From the NCBI GenBank assembly GCA_951406725.2, contig OX597814.1, positions 9,300,001-9,364,000 of the forward strand: a stretch of 64,000 nucleotides of DNA, read 5' to 3'. The stretch comes from Octopus vulgaris (taxonomy: Eukaryota). The notes beneath the pieces are model-generated. The model saw nothing but the letters and a program-made list of their open reading frames with translations. It ran no database searches and was not told the origin of the DNA. The position numbers were made by a program, and so were the translations under genes. Below are positions 10,265-23,472 of the stretch, in pieces (position 1 is the first letter of the stretch; the number at the start of each line of letters is the position of its first letter).

Positions 10265-13257
10265 ACGCACACACACACATGCATATATATAGCGAGGTCA
10301 TTGCCAGTGCCGCTGGACTGGCTCCTATGTAGGTGGCACATAAATACACCATTTGAGCATGGCTGTTGCCACTACCGCCTGACTGGTCCTTGTGCCGGTG
10401 GCATGTAAAAGCACCCACTACACTCTCGAAGTGGTTGGTGTTAGGAAGGGCATCCAGCTGTAGAAACTCTGCCAGATCAGACTGGAGCCGGGATGCAGGG
10501 TCGCTCTTGAATACAAAGACCCTCCTGGGTGAAGAGTGTATCCCTCAGCATAGGCTAATCATTAGTGACTTTAGGCTTGAGGCCAGAAGGACTCCGAAAA
10601 GCAGACCAATCCAGAAAAGAAGGATTTGGAAGCTAAAGAACCCTTCACATGGTCAGAGATTTAGGGACATCCTCATCAAGAAATTTGATGAGAGGGAGGA
10701 GGAGCTACAGACGTCGGACATAGAAGGTAGCTGGAAATTCCTACAGCACAGCTTGCTGAGTGCCACATACCAAGTCTGTGGATGGTGCAAAGTCCCTTCC
10801 AGACCTAGAGTTACGTGGTGGTGGAATAGTGCAGTAGACAAAGCCATTAGTGCAAAGAAACAGGCCTGGAGAGCCTGGAGGTAGCAGGGAACCGTACCAA
10901 GTAGCCAAAATGGAGGCCGGGCGGCAGGTATACATAGCCAAAGATATAGCAGAAAAGAAGAAATTTGCCAATGTCCAGCGACGTGAGGATCAAAGAACTG
11001 AGGTATTTCAGATTGCTAGACAGTGTGTGAGAGAAAATAGTGATGTTACAGGAGAGAAATGTGTCCGCATGGATGATGGGGCACTTGCTTTTAATGTTGG
11101 TGAAAAGAAAGAGGCTTGGAGAAGCCATTATGAAAGACTGCTGAATGTGGAGAATGAATGGGAGGAGGAGAGCCTGCCAAATGTTGACCCAGTAGAGGGA
11201 CCAGCTATCCAAATAGACAGCTCCCTTGTAGTTAAGGCAATTAAGGGTATGAAACCAGGTAAAGCCCCCGGCCCATCAGGTATCACTGCTAAGATGCTTA
11301 AAACAGCTGGTTATGTGGGCTATGGCCTAGTCACCCGCATTGTAAACCAGGTAGTTCATAATGGAGTCATACCCAATGACTGGCATAGCAGCACCATAGT
11401 CTACTGCTACAAGGGTAAGGGTGATGCTCTAGATAGAAATAACTACAGGGGTATTAAACTGTTGGATCAGGTGATGAAGGTCACAGAGAGGGTCATAACC
11501 CATCTCATTAGGGAGAGAATTTGCTTAGATGAGATGCAGTTCGGTTTTGTAGAAGCACCACTGATGCTATATTCCTGGTCCGACAACTGCAGGAGAAGTA
11601 CCTAGCTAAAGATAAACCCCTCTAAATAGCTTTTGTGGACTTGGAGAAAGCCTTTGACAGAGTTCCCCGATCCCTTATCTGGTGGTCGATGCGGAAACTG
11701 GAGATTGACGAATGGCTAATAAGGGCTGTACAGGCTCTATACAGAGAGGCTGTCAGCAAGGTTAGGATTGGCAACGAATATAGTGAAGAATTCCAGGTAG
11801 AAGTAGGTGTACACCAAGGCTCAGCCCTCAGTCCCCTTTTATTCATCATAGTCCTCCAGGCAATAACAGAGGAATTCAAAACAGGTTGCCCCTGGGAGCT
11901 CCTCTATGCCGATGACCTGGCTCTCATAGCAGAATCACTACCGGAACTAGAAAAGAAATTTTGGGTGTGGAAACAAGGGTTAGAATCAAAGGGCCTTAGA
12001 GTAAATGTAGCGAAGACCAAAGTTATAGTAAGCAGAAAGGCGAACTCAGCACACACCCCATCGGGCAGGTGGCCATGCTCGATCTGTAGGAAAGGTGTAG
12101 GTAGAAACTCCATAAAATGCACCCAGTGTAAGCTATGGGTGCATAAGAGGTGCAGCAACATCAAAGGGAAATTAACTGATAAGATAGCTTTCATGTGCGG
12201 CAGATGTACAGGGACAATAGACACCACAAATACTCAGAAAATAGATTCCATCACACTCCAGGGGGAGAAACTAGAAGTAGTTGATAGTTTCTGCTACCTG
12301 GGTGACCAAGTTAGTAGTGGAGGTGGATGCTCAGAGAGTGTCACCATTAGAATACGAATAGCCTGGGCAAAGTTTAGAAAGCTCCTACCCCTACTGGGGA
12401 CAAAGGGTCTCTCACTCAGAGTGAAAGGTAGATTGTATGATGCATGTATGTGAACTACCATGCTTCATGGCAGTGAAACATGGGCCATGACCGCTGAGGA
12501 CATGCGTAGACTTGAAAGAAATGAAGCTAGCATGATCCGCTGAATGTGTAATGTCAGTGTGAATGCACAACAGTGTGTAAGCACCCTGAGAGAAATGCTG
12601 GACATAAGAAGCATCAGATGCGGTGTGCAAGAGTGACGCTTGCGATGGTATGGTCATGCACTGCGGATGGATGAGGAGAGATGTGTGAAGAAGTGCCGCT
12701 CCTAAACAGTTGAAGGAATCAGGGGGAGAGGTAGACCCAGGAAGACATGGGATGAGGTAGTCAAGCATGACCTCAGAGCGTTGGGCCTCACTGAGGCAAT
12801 GGTGAAGGACCGAGATCTCTGGAGATGTGCTGTGACTACAAAGACCTGGGATGCTTCCGGCTCCAGTTCCGCATAGCCCCTGCCCATTCAAAATACCTTG
12901 GATCCTGGAATGTCTCGCTGTGCTTGAGGAGACCTGTTGAGTCAAGTGCATGTACACGAACATCGAAACAAATATCAATGGAAATAGTAGTTGTGATACC
13001 TGTGTCGGTGGCACGTTAAAAGCACCATCCAAACATGGCCGATGCCAGCGCCGCCTTGGCTGGCTTCAGTGCTGGTGGCACATTAAAAGCGCCAACCGAT
13101 CGTGGCCGATGTCAGACCCCCCCTGGCACCTGTGCAGGTGGCACATAAAAAGCACCCACTACACTCGCGGAGTGGTTGGCGTTAGGAAGGGATCCAGCTA
13201 TAGAAACACTGCCAGATCAGAGTGGAGCCTGGTGCAGCCCTGGCTTCCCAGACCACA
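10265..13257 (+). mobile_element. RTE-clade LINE (family 2), 5'-truncated, with Cys/His finger insertion and repeat-rich 3' module
   Basis: KAPGPSG, DLEKAFDRVP, GVHQGSALSP, LYADDL, then CSIC...CTQC...H...C...CGRC. Several stops and frameshifts. Confidence 0.9.
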
Positions 13258-14292
13258 AAGTAAACATCTTTGATCTGGCTTGAATTTTGATCTGAGTAGT
13301 TTTTCACTGCTTCATACATTGTTCTGGGTAGTTTTTCAATGGGGTACTTCATTTCAGCCCCTAATATAGGAAATGTCAGGCTTTTTGCTCCCATTCTCTC
13401 AGCTTCTTCCAGACAAATGGTTATTATTTGAGTCAAGTTTGCCAGAATCTAATAAAAAATAATTGTTTAGTAATTGATAATGAACATTTTATTAAATTAT
13501 TTTCTTATTACAGGAAGAAACCATTAAGTTGTAATAAATATATCCTCCTCTCACAACTCCTCTCACTCCTACCACTTCTAAACACATCTGTCATTCTTAT
13601 CACTCTTTAGTCCTGCAAGAGACAAGGCAACCTCACTCATGATGCTGCTACAATAAAACAGACCCAATCCACTGTGTAAAATGGTTGGTGAATGAAGAGA
13701 GACAATGCAGACCCAAGAGGAGTCTTTAGTGTTGTTGAGGACATGACAACCTCTCTAGTGCTCGTGCCATGACAGAGAAAAACTCACCAATACAGAGAGT
13801 AAAACACAGAAATATGTTTTAATATAGTCTTATTTATCAGTCACATAACTGTTGTTAGGCCATGAGGCTTTTTTCCTTCTATTTATATATAAAAGTGTCC
13901 TGTTCATCGATATCTTCTGCTTCCTTCCAATGATAACTTGGAAGAACAAATATTAAACAGGATGCTGACATTTGCTTTATGATTCTCACACAACATGCAT
14001 AAGGTTCTCTTCAAACATTAACTGTTTCAATAAATCAATATAATATGATTGATACTTACTGAATCAGGGGATTTTTCATCCCAGGGAGGTAATACCAGAT
14101 GAAATACATTCTTACAGTTGAGGTTATATCCTTTAGTGACGGCAATTTCAGATGTAGAAATACCTTGAGGATATTTCTGGTTACATTCATCTTGTATCTC
14201 TGAACCAGCAGCAAAGAGAATAGATTTGGAGATAGAACCATCATTAAGCTGGAGTTCTGGACCAGAAATGGATGAGCTTGATGTTGTGGTTT
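13252..14292 (-). pseudogene. Rearranged macrodomain paralogue fragment: exons 14292-14060 and 13448-about 13252
   Basis: Translations ETTTSSSSISGPE-LQLNDGSISKSILFAAG...WDEKSPDS and ILANLTQIITICLEEAERMG...IKDVYFVV. Canonical ag/gt sites. Homologous to 33864-35335. Confidence 0.8.
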
Positions 14293-14334
14293 CTGAAAAT
14301 AAACAAATATCAGTGTGTGTATGTGTATAGATAT

Positions 14335-14381
<47 letters not shown>

Positions 14382-16089
14382 AACATCATCATTACCCCCC
14401 ATGATGATATAATGTCCATATTCCATCCAGGTCCAAGTTGAACAAAATGATATATAAAGATACATCCGTCACAGCAAAAGTCATGTCCAAAAACTGGTAT
14501 ATATATTCCTGTCCATGGTGGGCTCTACGCCCACATTTGCCCCTGTGAAGCAGTTCCTTTACCATATCTCATCTTCCTAACACCCATCCCTCCATTACTC
14601 TTCTAACTACGGTCCTACTTTGCTGCTGTAACCATTAGAGAGCAGAATCTGCACATATTCATTACCACCCCCACCCTTTTCTAACCCCCACCCTAATCCT
14701 AACCCTAACCCCAACTACAAAAATTTTTGGAAAATTGTTTCAGAATCATAATCTCTGTATTTTTCCACATATTTTGAAAAAAAAAAAATTCTGAAAAAAA
14801 TGAAGAATTTAGCAAGGGGAAGTAATTTCAAAATGCTGATTTTTGCCAATTTTTTTGGCACATTCGTATTTTCCATCGCTGAAAACGCTGGAACTGGAGG
14901 TGTCTTGTGTGGTCAGTGGTCAGACCTTAAAAAGTCTGGAACCGAATAACATCAAGTTGAGGAAAAGTTAGGTTTGTAGGCTCAGCTGAAGTAGAAAAAC
15001 AGGCTGTCACACGTGACCTTATTTGAAGGCTGTGATTTGTTGGGTTGTATATTGGTGCATGCTAGAGCAAGAGACAAATTGCACCAATAGCAACCAATCA
15101 GAGTAGTGGATACAACAGGGTCCAAAATGCAGCCAAAGACTAGCTGTTATCTACTATGTTTGTATGTATATATAATAGAGAGGAGAGGAATTTCACTCAA
15201 GTGTATGCTGCACCTCTATAATTTAAAAAAATATTTTTCTGGAAAAAAATGAAATAACTCTAACAATTCAGTTTGGGCAGGTGTATTATTGTGCTAATGT
15301 CAGAGTAACCAGTGAACATCGAAGGATTAACGTCAAGAAGGAAGGAATATTATTTATATATATTTATTTGTTTGCCTGACAGGTAATTAGAGGACAGAAA
15401 AATTGCTGTCTGCTAGTAGAGAGGGAAAGAATAAGAAATGCACGGTGCCGGATAAAGGTGGTTCTGTTCCGATTGGCTATTTCCAAATGAGTTCATTAGT
15501 GGGGTCTGGAACTCTGGTGGGGAAAAAAAGTTTTATGCCCCAGACCTCTCATGGTTTAAATCTGATCTTGTCTGTGCGCGTCTACTACAGAGATACAGGG
15601 TAATAGAATGTAGATAGATAGAAAGGGTAAGGTTTGTGTTATTGTGCCTGATACACCATACTTGAAATGAGAAAAAGAGAGGCCCTTTGGATAAGTGCCC
15701 ACTGACCAAAGAGAAGGAAACCTGATTTGATTGAATATACATGTATATTAATCCTAACCAAATTATGTTAAACTATACAAAAGATTTTTACTCTGTATCA
15801 TGTTTTGACTCCTGAATGCCTCGAAAAGGTCTGAGAGGTTACTATACTCTCACCAATTTCCTAGTGGAACAGGGGAGAACAATAGGTAGAGGACTTGTAG
15901 GAAAATGTAGATTCAGCTTCGAATTCTAGCTTAGAAAGTTGGTAGGTATCTACCACATATATATATGTATGTGTGTATATATATGTGCGTGCGTATGTGT
16001 ATCCACAATCTAAAGGTTTTGTGAAAACTATGCTGAACAGTACCACCAATAGAAAAAAAACAAACTGATAAATTCTACCAAGGTGATTG

Positions 16090-16373
16090 ACAAGACTGAA
16101 GGTGAAATCTTCTCTAGCCTACTACATTCACCTGTATTTCCTAATTAAACTATTACTGGTTTTTCTCTGCTTTTAAAGTTTTTCTTTTCAAAATAAACTC
16201 TTATCGCAAATTTCTCAGAAACGTAAATTGTATAAAAGAGAGTGAAGTTGTGGTGGTGGGAAGAGTTTTTCTCGGAAAAACTGGTGACATACAAAGTTGT
16301 TTAACCAATCGACGACTTACAAAAGCCATCGAATTAATATCAAAGTTTCAGTTTTGCTCAGAGTTGTTGCTAG
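16090..16373 (+). promoter_or_regulatory. Putative promoter and non-coding exon 1 of the macrodomain gene
   Basis: TATAAAAG 16231-16238; TTCTCAGAA 16212-16220; TTCTCGGAA 16269-16277; TGAAGGTGAAA 16097-16107; donor TAG|gtaagt at 16373/16374. Conserved in the paralogue at 4052-4350. Confidence 0.6.
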
Positions 16374-17879
16374 GTAAGTTTTCACTTTACAACTTCTTCA
16401 TTGAATTTTTCACTTCCTCCATCTCTCCATTGCTTTACAAATTCTTTACAGAGTCGCATTCAATATTTTTCACTCCGTTATAACTACACAAATTTGTCTT
16501 CTTGTAACTCTCAGGACGTATACATATATATATATACACGAGTGAGTGGACAAACGAAAGAGGGGCACTCAATCATATTATTGGGAATAACACGTGCGTG
16601 CGTGTGTGATAAAGAGGCCCGAAAATCTGATGATGATGTGTTGGTTGAAGTTATCAGACGTGGCGAAGTTTCGCATGTCGTAGCACAGATTTCCGTCGAT
16701 TTCCGTAAAAAACTTTTATTTTTTTACATAAGTAATGAGAGCGAAAGAGACTAAGAGGAAGCGATTTTATGACGAGAAGGTACACACTAACAGAAGCACT
16801 TCACTTACACAACATACTGTCTGTCTCCCACACCCCATCAAACACACACAGGCCGACTTCAAAGTGAAACCTTCTCGTCGTAAAATCGCTTCCTCTTAGA
16901 AATCTGTGCTACTACAACCGAAACTATGCCAACGTGGCACTACAACCGAAACTATGCCAACGTAACTGATAATGATGATTCTTGCAGAGTATGTCTTCTT
17001 GTTGAAAAGTGTGTAACCCAAAATACGAAGTTTCAAACAACATGATTCATTTCCGTTACATTTACAATTATAAATCAACCTTGTCGTATCGTTGAAGATC
17101 AACATATAATTTTAACTTTTGTGCATTTGTTGACAATCTACTCTAGTCTTTTGGAATTACTAGTGAGGGAAAGGGTGTGTGTGACAGATGTAAATGTGGT
17201 AGGCATGATAATTAGATTAATTAATATCGGTGTAAAACAAACGACCGGGGAAGAAAGGAGAGATGCTTACAATAGTTTTCGTTTGAGTCACTGACATCGT
17301 TTCTCGTTCAACCCCAAAACTGTCTGCAATCTTTCAATGAAAGATATCGCCCATATTCCTAAAAGTTATGAGGAAAAAAAGTAGTATCGTGTAAATCTTT
17401 CGAAACCCCTCCCCCTTGGGAAAATTCTTTCCAATAAATACCTATTTACTCGGAATCTACAGCATATAAGCGGTATTTGTTGGAAATTTTGTTAAAATAC
17501 ATCCATATTTCTAGAAGTTAGGAGACGGGTGGGGCACAAATCTGTAGTTAGGCCATCATAAATACGCATACATACATAAATATACGTATTATGCTTTCAC
17601 GATTCGCTTCTGTTTATGTGCATGTATAGATGGATGGTTGGGTGGGTTTGCACCGAGGGTTCTATGTGTAAGCTGAAGAACAAAGTGAAGAAATGAGAAT
17701 GTTTAACGGAACTTACCGAACAAGTAGTTTCACTTTCCTGAAAACATCTCTGAAGGATTGCCGTAAAGTTTGAAATGGTCTTTTTTTTTTTCGTAGTGAA
17801 ATCGGAATAATTTGTAATCGAAAAGGTGGGAGTTATTTATCCATAATTCTCAAATTAGTTTCCTATTAATTGAGGCCGC

Positions 17880-18281
17880 GGATCTTTTCGGTTTGAACGG
17901 CAGTTTTTAACATAATTTCTAGGTAACTAAAAAATTTTAAACTTCGTATACTGGTAGAATGTGTTTATAAAACATCTTTTTCTCTTGGCTTTGTTGTGAA
18001 AATTCTATGGTTTGTAAGATATTTGGTTTTTTTTTTTTCAATTTTTTCAATTTCAACCAATCAATGACGTCTATTGAGGTAAAAAAAAAACATTCTGTGC
18101 CGTATGAATATATCCCTCGTTTAAGAAACAGATTGGGTTTATTTACATATTTGAAGAAAAAAAGATACCCTTCCCCCCACCCCTAACCCTAAAACAGATT
18201 GAAATGCAATAGATCGATACTAGGGTCATAATTATGGGTGACAATTTCATATGACACCGCTAGTAAAAACCGAAAAGATCT
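17880..18281 (+). mobile_element. MITE with GGATCTTTTCGGTTT terminal inverted repeats and 8-9 bp target-site duplication (Merlin- or MULE-like)
   Basis: (t)gaggccgc is duplicated at 17871-17879 and 18281-18289. Confidence 0.75.
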
Positions 18282-18800
18282 GAGGCCGCTTTAGTTAAAG
18301 GTTACTCTATAATGTTTGCAGGTCAATGCATTTCTACGTTACGTCATTTTCTTTTGACAGCCATTCATTCTCTCAGTTTTCTTTCTTTCCCTTTATCTTT
18401 TTGGGGTGGGGCTGTAATTTGACAAACGGTTTTTTTTTAATGTTTTCTCTCTCTCTCTGTTCTATTTATACCTTTCTTTCCTGCATTCTGTCTCTCTCTT
18501 CCTCGTTCTTCTGGTTTGCTAAGTGTGTTCCTTCTCCAAACTTTATTTCCTTGTAACTTTCCGAGAAATGCATATTTTGTAATGAAATTTTCTTCAAATT
18601 TCTTTCAGAATGTGTAGATTACAACTATATAGCGGTTTACCAAGTTTTTCTTGTGTAGTATAGCGAATATTTTCTGGTTGGTTTGTTTACTGATAGTGTA
18701 AGGCTACTTTATTATGTTTCCTATTTGGAAATAGATAAATATATTTAGCTTTTTTAAGTTGGGATATATAATGATAAAACCGTCACTTATAAGTCTTATC

Positions 18801-19321
18801 GGATCTTTTCACTTTGACCGGCAGATTTTAAAAATAATTTCTTTGTAACTAAACACTTTTAAACTTCGTATACTGGTAGAATGTGTCGCATAAAACATCT
18901 TTTTCTCTTGGCTTTCTTAAGAAAATTCTGTATTTTGTAAGCTATTTCTTGTATTTCGGCAATTTCAACCAATCAATGACGTCTATTGAGGTGAATTTTT
19001 TTTTCTTCAGAAATGTAAATAAGCTGCAAATATAAACATTTTGTGGCCATAAACTGAGGGGTCACTCGTAAAAAGAGCTGGATAACAAAACCGTTCACTC
19101 ATTAAGTGTCCACCCATAATTATGATCCTAGTATCGATCTCGAAATAGACATAATTATGGGTGGACACTAAATGAGGGAACGGTTTTGTTATCCAGCTCT
19201 GTTTACGACTGACCCCTCAGTTTATGGCTACAAAATGTTTATATTTGCAGCTTATTTACATTTCTGAAGTAAAAAAAAAAGATACCCTTCCCCCCACCCC
19301 TGACCCTAACCCTAACCCCAC

Positions 19322-19322
<1 letters not shown>
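18801..19322 (+). mobile_element. GGATC-terminus family non-autonomous element, partial
   Basis: Reverse complement of much of 1010-1452. Confidence 0.6.
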
Positions 19323-19324
<2 letters not shown>

Positions 19325-19356
<32 letters not shown>

Positions 19357-20625
19357 CATTGTGTACGGTGCTCAGGTGCACCACAACTCATCTAAATTGT
19401 ATGTATAGTACATAGGGCAATGTACAAGCGTCAGGAAAAGAACAGTGCATGAGTCATGACATACACATGTGTATGAGTATGGAAGGGGGACAGTCAGGTG
19501 TAGTTTCGGCGGATCTCGGAAAGCATGAGGGCCCTAAAGGATGCAGCATCATGGCAGTCAACAACTGACGCAGGCAACTTGTTCCACGCTTCAGCAACTC
19601 TGAGCATGAAAAAATGTTTCCGAAAGTCATGGGAGCTGTGCTGTTTTCTGACTTTGTAGGCATGTCCACAGGTGTTGGACACATGGAGATCAAAAAGGTG
19701 TTCAGTGTTGTTGTTGGTGAGGTGGTTGATAACTTTGTGGGTGTTTACCAAGTCCATCGCCAGACGCCAGATCTTCAGTGAATCCATGCCCAGGGAAACA
19801 AGGCGCTCAGAGTATGGTAGGTGTCTGATGGAGAGTATGCATTTGGTTGCACGTCTCTGAACAGATTCCAGGAGGTCAATGTTCTGAGCAAGATAGGGGT
19901 TCCAAACTGATGATGTGAATTCCAAGTGTGGTCGTACCATAGCTGTATACAGTTTTAAATAGATGGCTGGAGAGCGGCTAACAAAAGTCTTGCTGAGTGA
20001 TGCCAAGACACCCTCGGCCTTCTTGACAATTTTAGAGATACGCTTTGTCCAACACAAATCACTGCTGACAGTGATGCCTAGGTAACGCTCACAAGAGGAT
20101 TTCTTGATATCAGTGTTGTGGAGGGAGTATGTGGACGCAGGGTTTTTTCTCTCAAAATGCATGGTGGTACACTTGTCCACAGCCAGTTTCAGTTGCCAGT
20201 CTGTGATCCATTGCTGCATTGTGTCCAGGTCTGATTGCAGGGAAGAGTTGTAGACATCAGGATCTGTCCTCTTGATTTCAAGGTACAGCTTGATGTTGTC
20301 TGCATATTTCAATACTGTGGCATTCTTTAAATTGGCATCTATGTCATTAAAAGTATGTCACAAACAAGAAGGGACCAAGAACAGATCCCTGTGGTACACC
20401 CGATGACATCTCATATGGTGTAGAATGCTGTCCTAGAACTGTGACTACCTCCTTTCGGCTGAGAATGAAGGATTTCAACCAGTTAAAAAGATCATCCCTC
20501 ACACCCATTGCAGAGAGTTTCACCATAAGCCTTTTGTGTGGCACAGAATTAAAAGCCTTAGCAAAGTCAAGGTAGACAACATCCACCCATGAGCCTCTGT
20601 CAGTGATCTGAGTAATGTCCTCAAT
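19325..20625 (-). mobile_element. CR1-group LINE, 5'-truncated
   Basis: YLDFAKAFNSVPH, SGVPQGSVLGP, KYADN, VRPHLEF; (TTA)n tail. Confidence 0.92.
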
Positions 20626-23263
20626 ATATAAAAAAATTAAAATTTTACGGCAAGTGACGATCTTCTTCAAATCTAAACAAATACACGTACCACTGGAAGT
20701 TGTTCTTGAACTTGTTGCAAGCAACAGCAGTAATTGTATTCACCTCAATAGATAAATATATTTAGCTTTTTAAGGAGGGATATATAATGATAAAACCGTC
20801 ACTTATAAGTGTTATCATTATAAGTAAATCCTAACTCCAGCTACATAAACGCCATAGCAAGAAATATATTTTCTGAAAGGCTAACAAACATTCTATGCGT
20901 GCATGTATGTTAAATATTAATTACTTCGTGTTCTTTTAACTGCTATAAAAAAAAAATACAGTTTCATAATTATAGAAATACATTCATTATTAAGTTGAAG
21001 AATGTGAAGAAAGAGAAAATAATTTCTACATTATTTTATTATATACATATAGCATTTTTAATATTTATAAACATTTTGAAACATAGTAATTTTGTTGTAG
21101 AGAATTACGACCTAATATTTTAGCTATCTAATTCCTCATTCTAGCTATTATAAATCTCAACAATTCAAACAAGTCTTGTTAGATTTTTCATGGACATGGC
21201 ATAAAAAATAACCAATGTCTCAAAGGAATGAGTGTCGTGGAGTTTAGTTACATCCAACCAACACTGAAGTTTTTCCCAAAATCCAGGGTTTTTATAACTG
21301 CTCAACTTGACTTTAAAGAATCGAAATCGCATACAAATATTCTTAGAATTCCTGTATAAGCAGTTATATTAACCAATGGAAAAACATATTTCTTCGGCAA
21401 TATGACATTACATCATATTGCCAGCTACCACAAATTGGTGCTACTATTTAAAAATGGCTACACGCTACAACTATATCAGAATTTGAAAAAATATATGGTA
21501 GGCACACATGTATAAATGGAGGTAGGTTGGAAAGTTAGTAACCAGGGCAAAATGAGTAACTTCTGATTTCTCATTATTTTCTTCCTCCCTGTGTGAAATC
21601 CCTTACTTTGTAAGCATTGCATCACCATTTTGTATTGCTACATTATACTTGAGGATAAAAACTGGTTGTTGCTGTTGAAGTTGTGGAAGTACAAAGCATA
21701 GTCAAGGGGCAGGTCCCCTTTTTTTTTTTGTCAAGAAATTTCTCTTCAACTGTGACCCAATTGTAATTGAGGTTGCTAATAAAATATCTGGATAATTTTT
21801 CATGCTAAACAATCAATATTGATTTCTCTGCTGGATTCCAAGTCAATTTTTCCCCACACTAATGTCTAATTTGATAATCTTCAAGTTTCCCAAAAGTTAC
21901 AACGAGTAATGACTAATTTCAGTAATTTCTTCTCTGCATGGTGGGTAAATGTATCATGAACAGAACATTCCAGCAGATCGTGAAGAAGAAGAAGAATATT
22001 TTATGTTGGGTTTTCTTATATTTAGTTGAATTTCATTAATTTCATATCCTGTGCCATTTTTTCCCTGATCCTCTTTCATTTGATTTAGATTTTTAAATGT
22101 TATTCTTTTGGCATGTCTGAATGTTTCTGATGTTTTCGAATGAATATTGATGTGTACGAGTCTGTTTTCTAAAGAACTGAAGCAGCACATAGTACCTTGT
22201 CTTACTCATTTTGTGGCAGCCTTTCATTTTCCAAATGAAATACAATTGGTGAAATTGAAACCAGAACTTTTGGCATTGTACAACAGAAAGAACACCGATT
22301 TTTCCGTAAGTTGTAAGATAGTTGTATTTACAAAATATGTAAAACATCTGAATGAGGTTTATCAAGTGTATGCACAGGAAAATAAGTTGTCTAAATCTAA
22401 TTTTAATGTAAATGTTTGTCTTTAATAATATGTTGCCTTTTAGAGTTTCATTAAGAGAGAGGGGGGGAGAGACACTGTGTGTGTGTATGTTGTAAGTTGG
22501 TCGATCAAAGCAGTAAGAGAGAATGTCTATTCATGTTATATGCACAAAGATAGGTAAAACAACCTCAAGCACAGTCAACTTACTCCTAATTATATTCAAC
22601 TTTGAAGATTCTTTATGTAATGCATCGGTAAGGCATCAAAGAATGGCTTGTTGAGAATTTGCTGAGCCTTGTTGATTGGCCAGTTGTAATCCAAAAGTTG
22701 CACATTAATCTGTTAAAAAACGAAACGAAAAAAGCAGCAGATTTTGGTTTCTTTGCTTTCCACATTTTAGCTGGAGTCACGGTGACTGGCATTGTGACAG
22801 GAGTACCACAACCCCAACGAAACAATTGACCAATCACCATTGCCGTATTATGTGGTTCAAGACCAAGGTGTTGTTGGCAGAAAACACACTGGGAAAAGAC
22901 TGTCCAACTGCTGCACATCTTTCTCTGAACCTACTGCACACATATGCAGACTTCGCTTGCAGATGGTAGACACACTGCAGACTCACTTGCATTTTGAGCA
23001 AAATCATACAGAGCCCCTTGTTTGCACCTTCCATGACAATACCTCTTACCAGCTTAAAAACTGGACAGTGTTTTTGCTTGCTGTCAACCATTGTCAACTG
23101 GTAAACATTTTGATTTTATAAACACAGGCATTTGTGCATTCATTTTCTATCACACGTTTGGCTAACAAGTTATTCAGCTGACTTTGTTAAATGTGAAAAT
23201 ATCTTTTGTACATTCTCACAAACACACGTAAACCTTATTACCTTGCACAATGTTGTCAATTAA

Positions 23264-23472
23264 CCTTTTAGCGTTTAAACTGGCCATATCTGGCCCTAGC
23301 ATATAACTTGTTTTATATTTAAACTGGCAAGATCCAGCCCCTGGAACACCTGCCCTACAATGTCGATAATCACATTATCACAATGTTTAAGCTATGAGAT
23401 AATGGCATTGATTCAAAACAATGTGAATAGACAAGCATTGCATTTGGCTGAGGAATCTGAATGGTAAAGGGT
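23264..23472. mobile_element. piggyBac-like MITE remnant
   Basis: ttaa-cctttta at the left end and taaaggg-tgaa at the right end (degenerate). Confidence 0.35.

Noticed and set aside
14681-14715. Telomere-like ccctaa hexamers
   Set aside because: Only a few degenerate units inside a repeat; not a telomere or fusion site.
21600-23200. Short ORFs as possible host exons
   Set aside because: No recognisable domain or consistent splice phase; probably a decayed DNA transposon that I cannot classify.
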